Shown piece by piece: positions 1 to 7,697 of a stretch of 64,000 nucleotides of DNA. The stretch is from Candidatus Gottesmanbacteria bacterium (lineage in GTDB: Bacteria > Patescibacteriota > Microgenomatia > UBA10105 > UBA927): NCBI GenBank assembly GCA_963701185.1, contig OY969569.1, positions 859,548-923,547 on the forward strand. The letters are read 5' to 3'. The position numbers and the translations under genes are program-made. Position 1 is the stretch's first letter, and every line of letters starts with the position of its first letter. The notes under the pieces were generated by a model. That model had not been told where the DNA came from, ran no database searches, and saw only the letters and a list, made by a program, of their open reading frames with translations.

Positions 1-183
1 TATACTTCCGTACACAAAAAGTATAACGCTCTCGTTAACCGGTTTTACGTACAATCTTGACCGGAAAATTCTTACCAAGGGGTCATCTCTTGGCGTGAGC
101 AATGAACTTGTCGGTAAACAGGGGGTCATTCAGTTGTTTTCCGGAAAAGCCTGGGTGATCGAAAGTAATGACTGATTTGGGGT

Positions 184-189
184 ATAATA
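184..189 (+). promoter_or_regulatory. -10 box TATAAT 9 nt upstream of tRNA-Ser(GCT)
   Basis: GGGGTATAAT read directly; same arrangement recurs at the other tRNA genes. Confidence 0.5.
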
Positions 190-197
190 TGCACTAC

Positions 198-285
198 GGA
201 GAGTGGGCAGAACGGTAATGCACGAGTTCGCTAAACTCGCGGGATGAATAGTCTCGAGTGGGTTCGACTCCCACACTCTCCGCCA
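198..285 (+). tRNA. tRNA-Ser (anticodon GCT), long variable arm, CCA encoded
   Basis: Acceptor GGAGAGT/ACTCTCC; anticodon loop TCGCTAA; long variable arm; T-arm GTGGGTTCGACTCCCAC; discriminator G + CCA. Confidence 0.8.
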
Positions 286-286
286 G

Positions 287-373
287 GGAGAGGTCGCATA
301 GTGGTTTAGTGCGTTAGTCTTGAAAACTAATGTCGGCGCAAGCTGACCGTGGGTTCGAATCCCACCCTCTCCG
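287..373 (+). tRNA. tRNA-Ser (anticodon TGA)
   Basis: Acceptor GGAGAGG/CCTCTCC; anticodon loop CTTGAAA; long variable arm; T-arm GTGGGTTCGAATCCCAC; starts 1 nt after the previous tRNA. Confidence 0.8.
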
Positions 374-552
374 CATAAGGTCTTCGGTTGCTCCAAGACC
401 CATCTACTATACTCGATTAGCCCTATGTGGCTTGCTAAAAAGGCGATGGAAAACACAAGTATCCCAAACATAGCCTGTAATGCACAAAATCGCTGGAAAG
501 CCCCTCAAGGTATTTGCGCCCGGTTCTAAGCTTTCATTGATATAATGTTGTT

Positions 553-1551
553 ATGAAGAAAACATTAAAAGTCTGGATAGAAAAACAAGGATTTAGTATC
601 GATAAAGATATTGCTTTTACTATAGATAAAAGCACGAATGGAACCATTAAAAATACTGATAATCCCTACAAAACCATAGAATTTCTCCTTGAAAAAGAGA
701 TTTCGGTAAAAGAGTACCAAAGTGGATTTATAGGCAAATACAAAAATGAGCTCGCCTCATACTTGTTACGTTTCTTACAGTCATATGGGATTAAAAACGG
801 ATTGACCATCGTAATTGACCCCTCAGAGGTTCAGTCAAATGAGACCGAGTTATATGAAATATTTCGTTCTTACTGTACTGATAATCACTTAGATCCTTTA
901 TTAAAACCCACAGGCGGAAGTGTTGAATTTGTTTACGAAGAACTTCACTCAACCGATGTTGTCGATTTAGCTAAGCAGAATTTTACTTCTGACCCATATT
1001 TAATTTCAGCGATTGATTGGTATAACACTGGATTAATACAAACTCATTCTACAAATAAATTTCTTCATTTTTTTATTCCACTAGAAATTCTTGCAGGAAG
1101 ATTTATTACTGAAGTTAAAACGAATTGGAAAAAAGAAAATCCAGAGGCCTATAAGGGTATTAAATATTTCCTCGAAAAAGCGTTAGAAAGCAAAGATGAA
1201 GACATGCTCCAACGCTTGATGAACGATCTTTCAAGATTTTCTTTCCCGAAGCAACTAGAGCGATACTTTAATTTTTTGTTTTCAGAACAAGAGCTCGTCA
1301 ACTTTTGGGAAGATGATAGCGATATTACATTTAATGGTAAGCACCAATGGAAAACATATCGACTAATGAGTAAGCAAACTACAACTAAAGACAAAGTGCA
1401 TGTACTATCTATTATGAAAAAAATGTATCTAATCAGAAATAATATAGTTCATAAAGGATTGCAAAATGTTTCTTTCGAGGAAATTGTAGTTTTGGAAAAT
1501 ATTCTAAGGCGAGTTATCAAAAAACAATCTGAAAAACTAGCTAAGCATTAG
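553..1551 (+). CDS. Hypothetical protein with C-terminal HEPN-like Rx4H motif (possible Abi-type RNase)
   Basis: 332 aa; C-terminal LIRNNIVHKG matches Rx4-6H; AT-rich island cargo; TATAAT at 541-546 only 7 nt before the ATG, so leaderless. Confidence 0.35.
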   Translation: MKKTLKVWIEKQGFSIDKDIAFTIDKSTNGTIKNTDNPYKTIEFLLEKEISVKEYQSGFIGKYKNELASYLLRFLQSYGIKNGLTIVIDPSEVQSNETELYEIFRSYCTDNHLDPLLKPTGGSVEFVYEELHSTDVVDLAKQNFTSDPYLISAIDWYNTGLIQTHSTNKFLHFFIPLEILAGRFITEVKTNWKKENPEAYKGIKYFLEKALESKDEDMLQRLMNDLSRFSFPKQLERYFNFLFSEQELVNFWEDDSDITFNGKHQWKTYRLMSKQTTTKDKVHVLSIMKKMYLIRNNIVHKGLQNVSFEEIVVLENILRRVIKKQSEKLAKH

Positions 1552-2859
1552 CTCCCTGTTCATTAGTTTAAATTTTGAAGTAACACCTTTGAGGATTTTG
1601 AGTCTTTCCTCTGGAGTTCCAAATTGTAGAACGTGGAGTAAATATTCTTTGAGCATTTCAGTGTGAGTTTCACTATATTCTCTCGGACTCTGGTCACCTG
1701 TATTGTGAGGAGTAATTTCAACTTGTGGTATATAGTCACTAATCACGCTTGCTTTAAAATGTTGCAGTCGTTTTACTTCCACTTCAAATTCTTGCATTAG
1801 GTACGAAGTGTTAAGTTTGATTCTTGGTAGATAACCAATTAATTGTTTGATCAATTCTTGCTCTGTAATATAGGGCTCGGGGCAGTCATATTTTTTGATG
1901 CGATTGCAATGATAATAGATATGCGAGTTCACGATATTAGCTTTTGTTCTTCGATACTTTAGTTCAGCGGTGACGCTTCCTCCGCATAATCCGCAAGTAC
2001 AAATTTTCTTGAACGGAAACAGCTGTTTATTCCACTGTCTCGGAGCCACTTGCAGTTGAATCTGTACTTTTTCAAAGAGTGCTTTTGTAATCAATGGTTC
2101 GTAAGTTCCCTTGTACCATATGCCTCCGTATTGGAATTCACCGTAATAAAAAGTATTTTGTAATGCAACGTAGATTTTACTCAGTGGCATTTTACACCCA
2201 CTCTTTGTGGTGAATCCTATGTCATCTAACCACTTTTTAACCATGCGTCCTGAAAATCCTTGATCAGCAACTTTATGAAAAATTTGTTTAATAACAGGTG
2301 CTCGTTCAGGATCAAATTCCACTGTTGAAATACGATTTACTTTTAAGACGTTTCTATACCCAATTGGTGCAACTCCTGGTCTAATTCCAATCTGGCATTT
2401 GTTTCGTAACCCACGTTTAACATTGACACCTCGATTATCATTTTCTAATTTTGCTTGAGAGCAGAGAATCATAAGCAGGAATTTTTCATTTGGATTATCT
2501 GTAAAGGACTGCGAATATGTTTTGATGTGGGTCAGTTTTCCTTGATCCATTAAATCCACGATTCTTCCCAAGTCTCCCGCATTTCGAGATAACCGATCAG
2601 GTGCCCATGTCAAAATACTGTTGTATTTTCCTTCAATTACTCCATGGAGAAGATTATTAAACTCTGGTCGTTGTCCTGACTCTTTGGCTGAATGGCTTTC
2701 TGTAATTGTTTCTGTAATATCGAGCTTTTCTCGCTTTGCAAGAATTTGCATTTCTTTAAGCTGACCATCAATTGACATTGCCTGTCGCTCATCCGATTCG
2801 CTTGATTTGCGGGCATATAAGCAATACTTTAGCCTGGTGGTATCTTTCATCAGGTACAA
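1537..2859 (-). CDS. Large serine recombinase (resolvase/invertase catalytic domain, recombinase domain, zinc ribbon)
   Basis: N-terminal YARKSSESDE...DGQ catalytic-serine region, SRN motif; central recombinase domain; C-terminal CTCGLCGG...C zinc ribbon; 440 aa. Confidence 0.8.
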   Translation of the reverse strand: MYLMKDTTRLKYCLYARKSSESDERQAMSIDGQLKEMQILAKREKLDITETITESHSAKESGQRPEFNNLLHGVIEGKYNSILTWAPDRLSRNAGDLGRIVDLMDQGKLTHIKTYSQSFTDNPNEKFLLMILCSQAKLENDNRGVNVKRGLRNKCQIGIRPGVAPIGYRNVLKVNRISTVEFDPERAPVIKQIFHKVADQGFSGRMVKKWLDDIGFTTKSGCKMPLSKIYVALQNTFYYGEFQYGGIWYKGTYEPLITKALFEKVQIQLQVAPRQWNKQLFPFKKICTCGLCGGSVTAELKYRRTKANIVNSHIYYHCNRIKKYDCPEPYITEQELIKQLIGYLPRIKLNTSYLMQEFEVEVKRLQHFKASVISDYIPQVEITPHNTGDQSPREYSETHTEMLKEYLLHVLQFGTPEERLKILKGVTSKFKLMNRELMLS

Positions 2860-2952
2860 TGTACCGCAAAGGTTTGGGAAGTCCAGTCCTGAAAAATTCT
2901 TTCTTTAAGGCTGAAAATTAGCTATAATAGAAGAGTAAATTGGATTTTCCAT

Positions 2953-3750
2953 ATGTTTAAAAACCGAAAGAACTTACCCATCGCGCCTTTGTTATTAGTA
3001 GCAATTTTTATTATTTTTGGCGTTTATTACTACGCAAAAAATGGCCAGGTCTGGTTTGAGGGAAATGATAACAAAAGTTTACCTATTACGACTGATGGAT
3101 CACAAAAAACGATAGGTTGTGTCCGAACAACAAGACTTGAAAATGCACCACAGTACGATAGGGCATTAAGTCTTATCCGACAAAGGGTAGATGAAAATAA
3201 TAAATGGTGGAATAAGTATGGAGAAAAAGAAGATGGGAGATTTAAATATTTCCCTCCAGAACTTGTTAACTGTATAAAGATATCCGAAGAAGATATAAAA
3301 GACGCACCAGAGGTAGAGGGCTATTTTATATTCAATAGTGAAGACATAAAAACGGATTATTACCCCATTACCGTAAGTTCTGATTATCGTTATGCAGACG
3401 ATATCGTAACTGCAATTCTTTTATCGCATGAGATGACACATGTTCAACAATATATAAAGTCTGTCAATGAAAAGGATAGTCTATCTTGTATTGATAAAGA
3501 AATTGAGGCCTTCAGAGCTCAATTAGATTTTTATGTTCTTTTAAACAATGAAGAAAATAGTTCTGTCTATCACAGAATTCAAAGCGATAAGAATTTGCAT
3601 CCTGAGCTCCAGATGCTAGATGCAATGATGACAATAAATCGTGATTCAAATTGTAAGTTTGATAAGAGTTGCACGGATGCAAATTTACTGAGTAAACTTC
3701 GAGCAATGCTTATTGATGATAGTTATTATAAAAAGCAATGCAAATTGTAG
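2953..3750 (+). CDS. Membrane-anchored protein with HExxH zinc-metallopeptidase motif
   Basis: N-terminal TM helix (LPIAPLLLVAIFIIFGVYYY); LLSHEMTHVQ HExxH motif with downstream Glu; first gene of an overlapping three-gene operon. Confidence 0.4.
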   Translation: MFKNRKNLPIAPLLLVAIFIIFGVYYYAKNGQVWFEGNDNKSLPITTDGSQKTIGCVRTTRLENAPQYDRALSLIRQRVDENNKWWNKYGEKEDGRFKYFPPELVNCIKISEEDIKDAPEVEGYFIFNSEDIKTDYYPITVSSDYRYADDIVTAILLSHEMTHVQQYIKSVNEKDSLSCIDKEIEAFRAQLDFYVLLNNEENSSVYHRIQSDKNLHPELQMLDAMMTINRDSNCKFDKSCTDANLLSKLRAMLIDDSYYKKQCKL

Positions 3751-4256
3751 GTAAATACGTAAACTTAATAGCAGTCGACCATGCCTCTCAATGGAATGAA
3801 ACATTATCTAAAAAAAGCGAGCTCCGAGGTTATTTAAACAAAATAATTGAAAGTTGCTCCGTTGATTTAATTGGAGAGGAGTTTTCAATTGAAGCGTTGC
3901 AAGGATTGCCTAATAGCACCGAAGCAACTATTCCCCAAAAAGTCGCAAAGGAATTCCACATAAGACATGAATTCTGTGATCCTGATGAGAAAACACGAGA
4001 AAGAATTGGTTATCCTTCACAAAAACAATTACGAGTTAAGTTTGGTTTAAAATCAGCAATTGAAGGAACCAAAGAGCATAGTAGAAGGAAAGAGTATGAG
4101 AAATGTTTCTGGCCTATACGAGAGAAGTATTGGTTAGCTCAAATTCACAACATTATAGCTAAAAACATTATATTTATCTGCGGTTCTAGCCATTTAGAAA
4201 GCTTCAAATCTATTTTGACTGAAAATAGATATAGGGTTACAACAACAAAAATATGA
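3738..4256 (+). CDS. Hypothetical protein, operon partner 2
   Basis: 172 aa, no recognisable motif; overlaps the upstream gene by 13 nt and the downstream gene by ATGA. Confidence 0.3.
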   Translation: MQIVGKYVNLIAVDHASQWNETLSKKSELRGYLNKIIESCSVDLIGEEFSIEALQGLPNSTEATIPQKVAKEFHIRHEFCDPDEKTRERIGYPSQKQLRVKFGLKSAIEGTKEHSRRKEYEKCFWPIREKYWLAQIHNIIAKNIIFICGSSHLESFKSILTENRYRVTTTKI

Positions 4257-4711
4257 ACGATCCTATCCAAATAATTTTTTCTGCTTTGACTCTACTTGGT
4301 ATTGGAGGTATTGTTGGTGCTTATGTGTCTTCCTTGCTTGATAAAAAGAAAGAGTTGGAATTTAAACTACTAGAGCAAAAGGAAAGAAGATATAAATCTT
4401 GCCTTTTATATATGGATGCCTTTTTTGAACCTAAAAATATAAAATACCTCTCAAGCAGACAACCAGATATTGATAATTCGCATGATGTAATCGAATATTT
4501 AAAAATGGAATATCACGAGATGATGCTCTATGCCTCGAAAGCAGTGATACTTTCAGTTAAAGTGTTTATAGAAAAACCAACAAGAGAGAATTTTTTAAGG
4601 ACGATTCTTTGTATGCGACAAGATTTATGGGTCAACAAGAGAGATTTAAACCTAAGAGAGATCAAAATTGAGTTTCAAGCCCCAAAAGGCGGAAGAACCT
4701 CTAAAAAATGA
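4253..4711 (+). CDS. Hypothetical membrane-anchored protein, operon partner 3
   Basis: N-terminal TM (IIFSALTLLGIGGIVGAYVSSLL), then charged coiled region; ATGA overlap with the upstream gene. Confidence 0.3.
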   Translation: MNDPIQIIFSALTLLGIGGIVGAYVSSLLDKKKELEFKLLEQKERRYKSCLLYMDAFFEPKNIKYLSSRQPDIDNSHDVIEYLKMEYHEMMLYASKAVILSVKVFIEKPTRENFLRTILCMRQDLWVNKRDLNLREIKIEFQAPKGGRTSKK

Positions 4712-4745
4712 GACACCCTTTTTATAGTGTCTCATTTGTCTCATT
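4710..4745 (+). terminator. Putative intrinsic terminator
   Basis: GAGACAC-10 nt loop-GTGTCTC hairpin overlapping the stop codon, followed by ATTTGTCTCATTT. Confidence 0.4.
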
Positions 4746-4837
4746 TAGCCTCACCAATGAGACACTTAAATTGCAGTTATAAGGATGAAATATCCCGAAT
4801 TTGGTACAATACTAGTTATGGAGCTTATGGGATGCTT

Positions 4838-4864
4838 GGGGTTCCAGACCTACCCTCTCCGCCA
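4838..4864 (+). repeat. Degenerate copy of tRNA-Ser 3' end (T-arm plus acceptor), att-like
   Basis: GGGGTTCCAGACCTACCCTCTCCGCCA versus tRNA-Ser(TGA) 3' end GTGGGTTCGAATCCCACCCTCTCCGCA, about 21/27 identical; last 12 nt identical to Ser(CGA)/Ser(GGA) ends. Confidence 0.5.
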
Positions 4865-5014
4865 TTACATACAAAATAATAAACGGGGTATTCCGGCAAT
4901 CCGGAGCGGCAGAAAAGCACGTTCTAACTGAAAAATGCATTTAGCCTGACAGGGGGCGGGATTTGAACCTAACGGTGTAATCAGTTTACGAATTTAAATG
5001 TTGCACGGGTAATT

Positions 5015-5524
5015 ATGAACAACTTTCGTTTTAGCCCAATAAAAAATAAAGCGCAAATGATGCAAGCGCTGGAATATATTCATCTTTCTTGCCATCAACT
5101 GTGCAAACAATCGATGGGGAAATATTTACCGGTTGCTGGGAATATAGGTATATTTTGTCACCAAGATGATGAATTTGATTTCCTTAAACAGCTGCAGTCA
5201 GATTTAACGGATTTAACCAAGTACGTTTATGGAAAATATTATTTGCTCCATACTCCCATAGTTATTCCACAAAAAGACGGTATTCCGGAGGCGATTTATA
5301 AATATCTTTATATTCGGAAACCAGATACAAATAAACCACAAGTTGGAGATTTGGATTTCTATATGGCATCGGAGAAATACGCAGCCTTAAAACAGTCATT
5401 GCAGGAAGGAAAAGTAATAAACGGTGCTAGAATACTCCCAAATCGTCCCGATCTGGATTTAATTGAACTATCCAATCCGAATATAGATGCGGTTGGCTTT
5501 ATAGGAGATAAGTTTTGGAAGTAA
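5015..5524 (+). CDS. Hypothetical protein
   Basis: 169 aa ORF, AT-rich, no recognisable motifs. Confidence 0.3.
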   Translation: MNNFRFSPIKNKAQMMQALEYIHLSCHQLCKQSMGKYLPVAGNIGIFCHQDDEFDFLKQLQSDLTDLTKYVYGKYYLLHTPIVIPQKDGIPEAIYKYLYIRKPDTNKPQVGDLDFYMASEKYAALKQSLQEGKVINGARILPNRPDLDLIELSNPNIDAVGFIGDKFWK

Positions 5525-5602
5525 AATAGTTTTGAGCTTCCTCTACCGCTCGGAGTCAGTAGGTTTAGCTACTTATAGGTGTTTATTGGAGAGTTAATCG
5601 AC

Positions 5603-5674
5603 TATAATTTAATTGTTCCGTGGGCAGGCTCGCAGTTCTAAAATAGGTTATAACTTTGTAAATGGTTCTCCGCC
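5603..5674 (+). repeat. Direct repeat copy 1, about 72 bp, ending in TCTCCGCC
   Basis: Shares a 20-bp block (ATAATT.AATTGTTCCGT) and an exact 35-mer AAAATAGGTTATAACTTTGTAAATGGTTCTCCGCC with 6550-6621. Confidence 0.7.
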
Positions 5675-5796
5675 TTCGCCTCGCTGAAGTTCCGCCAAAG
5701 GCGGAACGAAAGCGGGCTTCGCCCGTTTCAGCTCGGCTTCGGCGAGACGCTGTCCGCCATTGTTTCGCCATAGCTTTAGCGACGGCGAATAAATCT
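5675..5796 (+). ncRNA. GC-rich, highly structured ~120-nt element of unknown function
   Basis: Local GC above 60% in an AT-rich context; nested perfect hairpins (GTTCCGCC-AAA-GGCGGAAC; GCGGGC-TTC-GCCCG; CTCG-GCTTCGG-CGAG; CGCC..GGCG). Confidence 0.3.
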
Positions 5797-6039
5797 ATGT
5801 TTTATGTCTACATTTTAAAATGTTCAGATAACCGTACGTATATAGGCTGCACCGATGACTTAAAAGATCGAGTTGACCGTCATCAAAAAGGTAATGTTGC
5901 CGCCACTAAAGATCGATTACCGATAAAACTCATTTCCTACTTTGCTTTCTCCAACAAATATACGGCGTTTAATTTCGAAAAATATCTGAAATCAGGATCT
6001 GGGAGAGCGTTTTTGAGGAAACATGATATTATTGGTTAA
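5797..6039 (+). CDS. Small GIY-YIG nuclease family protein (UPF0213/YhbQ-like)
   Basis: FYVYILKCSDNRTYIGCTDDLKDRVDRHQ matches the GIY-x10-YIG core; about 80 aa, single-domain family. Confidence 0.65.
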   Translation: MFYVYILKCSDNRTYIGCTDDLKDRVDRHQKGNVAATKDRLPIKLISYFAFSNKYTAFNFEKYLKSGSGRAFLRKHDIIG

Positions 6040-6044
6040 TTAAT

Positions 6045-6554
6045 ATGTTTTCTTCAGATCAAATCCGACAGTATTTGCAAATTACCATCGATGAAGCAGA
6101 GATAGCCTTAGAAGAAGGTAATTATCCAATTGGTTCTGCAATAGTCGATGTAGAAGGGAAAATATTGTCGACAGATAGAAACAAAAGTTTTACTAATGAG
6201 GATGTTTCCGCACATGCGGAAATCTTAGGAATTAGAAAGCTTGGCAATAAAGTAAATAAGGATACGCCTGGAGAATATTTTTTATTTTCCTCCCTTGAGC
6301 CATGTTTTGGATGCAGTTTCTTTATAGCTAGAACCAATATTAAACATATAACTTCTGCTTTAAAAGATCCCCATAAAGGCGGAATGAGTGATTTGCATAA
6401 ACTGGATCAGTTTAATTATTTTTTCAAACACATCGAAATTATTAATGAGCCTTTCGAGGATTTAAAGGAACAGTCTCGACGATTGATGGTAGAGTATTTT
6501 TTGAAATTAGGACGAAAAGATGCAGCAAAATTTTACGGGTATACAGGAGAATAA
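6045..6554 (+). CDS. CMP/dCMP-type (CDA fold) zinc deaminase, TadA/guanine-deaminase-like
   Basis: HAEILGI ... EPCFGCSF zinc-binding H(A)E / PCxxC motifs. Confidence 0.6.
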   Translation: MFSSDQIRQYLQITIDEAEIALEEGNYPIGSAIVDVEGKILSTDRNKSFTNEDVSAHAEILGIRKLGNKVNKDTPGEYFLFSSLEPCFGCSFFIARTNIKHITSALKDPHKGGMSDLHKLDQFNYFFKHIEIINEPFEDLKEQSRRLMVEYFLKLGRKDAAKFYGYTGE

Positions 6555-6621
6555 TTCAATTGTTCCGTAGGTAGCATAGTGGTTTTAAAATAGGTTATAA
6601 CTTTGTAAATGGTTCTCCGCC
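6550..6621 (+). repeat. Direct repeat copy 2, about 72 bp, ending in TCTCCGCC; right edge of the AT-rich island
   Basis: Exact 35-mer plus 20-bp block shared with 5603-5674; overlaps the stop codon of the deaminase gene. Confidence 0.7.
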
Positions 6622-6644
6622 CGAGAATTTGATACGATCACTAC

Positions 6645-6965
6645 ATGAACACATCCTCACATCTTCATGGTTCGCTTGACGAACACATACATTATCAGGA
6701 AGGATCCGTCGTCAGTAAAGAGATTTTTAAAAATCAATCAGGCACAGTGACGCTCTTTGCGTTTGATCAGGGGCAGGGTTTAAGTGAACATAAGACGCCT
6801 TACGAAGCATTGGTTTACATTGTTGACGGGGAAGCCCAAATAACACTATCCGGAAAAGTGAATGAAGTAAAAGCAGGAGAAATCATTCAGATGCCGGTCG
6901 GCCAACCCCATGCCCTTCAAGCAAAGAAACGGTTCAAGATGTTGTTAATTATGATGAAAGCGTAA
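6645..6965 (+). CDS. Cupin domain protein
   Basis: Cupin-like pattern GxxxEH...P...Y...G read from the translation. Confidence 0.5.
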   Translation: MNTSSHLHGSLDEHIHYQEGSVVSKEIFKNQSGTVTLFAFDQGQGLSEHKTPYEALVYIVDGEAQITLSGKVNEVKAGEIIQMPVGQPHALQAKKRFKMLLIMMKA

Positions 6966-6966
6966 T

Positions 6967-7503
6967 TTGATATATACTGAATTCATGGTCGATACTGCCG
7001 ACGACACACAGGAAAAAGTCAAACAAGAGGTACTTCTGTCCTGGGCTTCTCCATCCCGTTTGTTCAAACGACGGGACAAAGAGTATTTCACCAATATCGG
7101 GGCGATTGTGTTTCTTCTTATCATTATTTTGGTATTTGCCCGGGAGTTTCTCCTTATTGCGGCCGTCGTATCCATCGTATTTCTGATTTACGTCCTTTCC
7201 ACCGTGCCGCCGGAGGAAGTGAGCCACCGGATTACGAATCTTGGGATCGAAAGTGCCGGGCACTATTACCGGTGGGAAGAGCTCTCCGAATTTTGGTATG
7301 AGGAGCAGTGGGGTCAGGCACTTTTGGTTCTGCGGCCGATCCTGGGAACCCGGATTATTATCCTTTTGGGAGCCCAGGATAAGGCACTCGTCCGCAAGCT
7401 TATCGCAGAATATATCCCGTACCGGGAAAATCCGGAGAAAAGCTGGGTAGATAACGCATCCTCCTGGTTGTCGAAGAAAATTCCCCTGGAGAAGCCTTCA
7501 TAG
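6967..7503 (+). CDS. Hypothetical membrane protein
   Basis: Two TM helices (IGAIVFLLIIILVF / LLIAAVVSIVFLIYVL). Confidence 0.4.
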   Translation: MIYTEFMVDTADDTQEKVKQEVLLSWASPSRLFKRRDKEYFTNIGAIVFLLIIILVFAREFLLIAAVVSIVFLIYVLSTVPPEEVSHRITNLGIESAGHYYRWEELSEFWYEEQWGQALLVLRPILGTRIIILLGAQDKALVRKLIAEYIPYRENPEKSWVDNASSWLSKKIPLEKPS

Positions 7504-7514
7504 CCGTTTTGCGG

Positions 7515-7520
7515 TATAAT
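7515..7520 (+). promoter_or_regulatory. -10 box TATAAT 10 nt upstream of the tRNA-Arg/tRNA-Ser pair
   Basis: GCGGTATAAT read directly. Confidence 0.45.
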
Positions 7521-7530
7521 AAGCCCTATT

Positions 7531-7605
7531 GTTCCTGTAGTTCAATGGATAGAATACGTCCCTGCGAAGGATGTGATTGCAGTTCGACTCTGCACAGGAA
7601 CGCCA
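7531..7605 (+). tRNA. tRNA-Arg, anticodon read as GCG (atypical for bacteria)
   Basis: Acceptor GTTCCTG/CAGGAAC, discriminator G, CCA encoded; anticodon stem CGTCC/GGATG, loop CTGCGAA; T-arm TGCAGTTCGACTCTGCA. Confidence 0.7.
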
Positions 7606-7608
7606 TTT

Positions 7609-7697
7609 GGAGAGGTGCAGGGAATGGTTATCCGGACAGTCTCGAAAACTGTTACCCCGCAAGGGGTTTGTGGGTTCGACTCCCACCCTCTCCGCCC
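7609..7697 (+). tRNA. tRNA-Ser (anticodon CGA)
   Basis: Acceptor GGAGAGG/CCTCTCC; anticodon stem-loop ACAGT-CTCGAAA-ACTGT; long variable arm; T-arm GTGGGTTCGACTCCCAC. Confidence 0.75.

Larger units (their letters stand above)
376..6621. mobile_element. AT-rich composite integrated element next to tRNA-Ser genes, probably 2-3 serial insertions
   Basis: GC drops to roughly 35-38% versus about 50% in flanks; large serine recombinase present; internal and terminal degenerate copies of the tRNA-Ser 3' end (core TCTCCGCC) at 4838-4864, 5603-5674 and 6550-6621; right edge coincides with the last repeat copy. Confidence 0.55.

Noticed and set aside
130-471. 113-aa minus-strand ORF
   Set aside because: Lies antisense across the two tRNA-Ser genes; artefact of the ORF track
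4941-5010. Possible minus-strand tRNA or tRNA fragment (GGGCGGGATTTGAACC, the reverse complement of a GGTTCAAATCC T-arm)
   Set aside because: I could not fold the flanks into a cloverleaf; no matching acceptor stem. At most a short T-arm-like remnant, possibly another att scar
5591-5680. Stretch beginning GGAGAG and ending TCTCCGCC, considered as a tRNA-Ser pseudogene
   Set aside because: Interior has no D-, anticodon- or T-arm; only the terminal acceptor-like bases match, so it is better described as a repeat carrying the att core
5583-5771. 62-aa Arg-rich minus-strand ORF
   Set aside because: Lies inside the GC-rich hairpin-dense element; the Arg-rich translation is a by-product of GC-rich palindromes, not a real gene
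7509-7697. N-terminal 63 codons of ORF 7509-8111
   Set aside because: Overlaps tRNA-Arg and tRNA-Ser on the same strand and starts at TTG; the real CDS begins at ATG 7698
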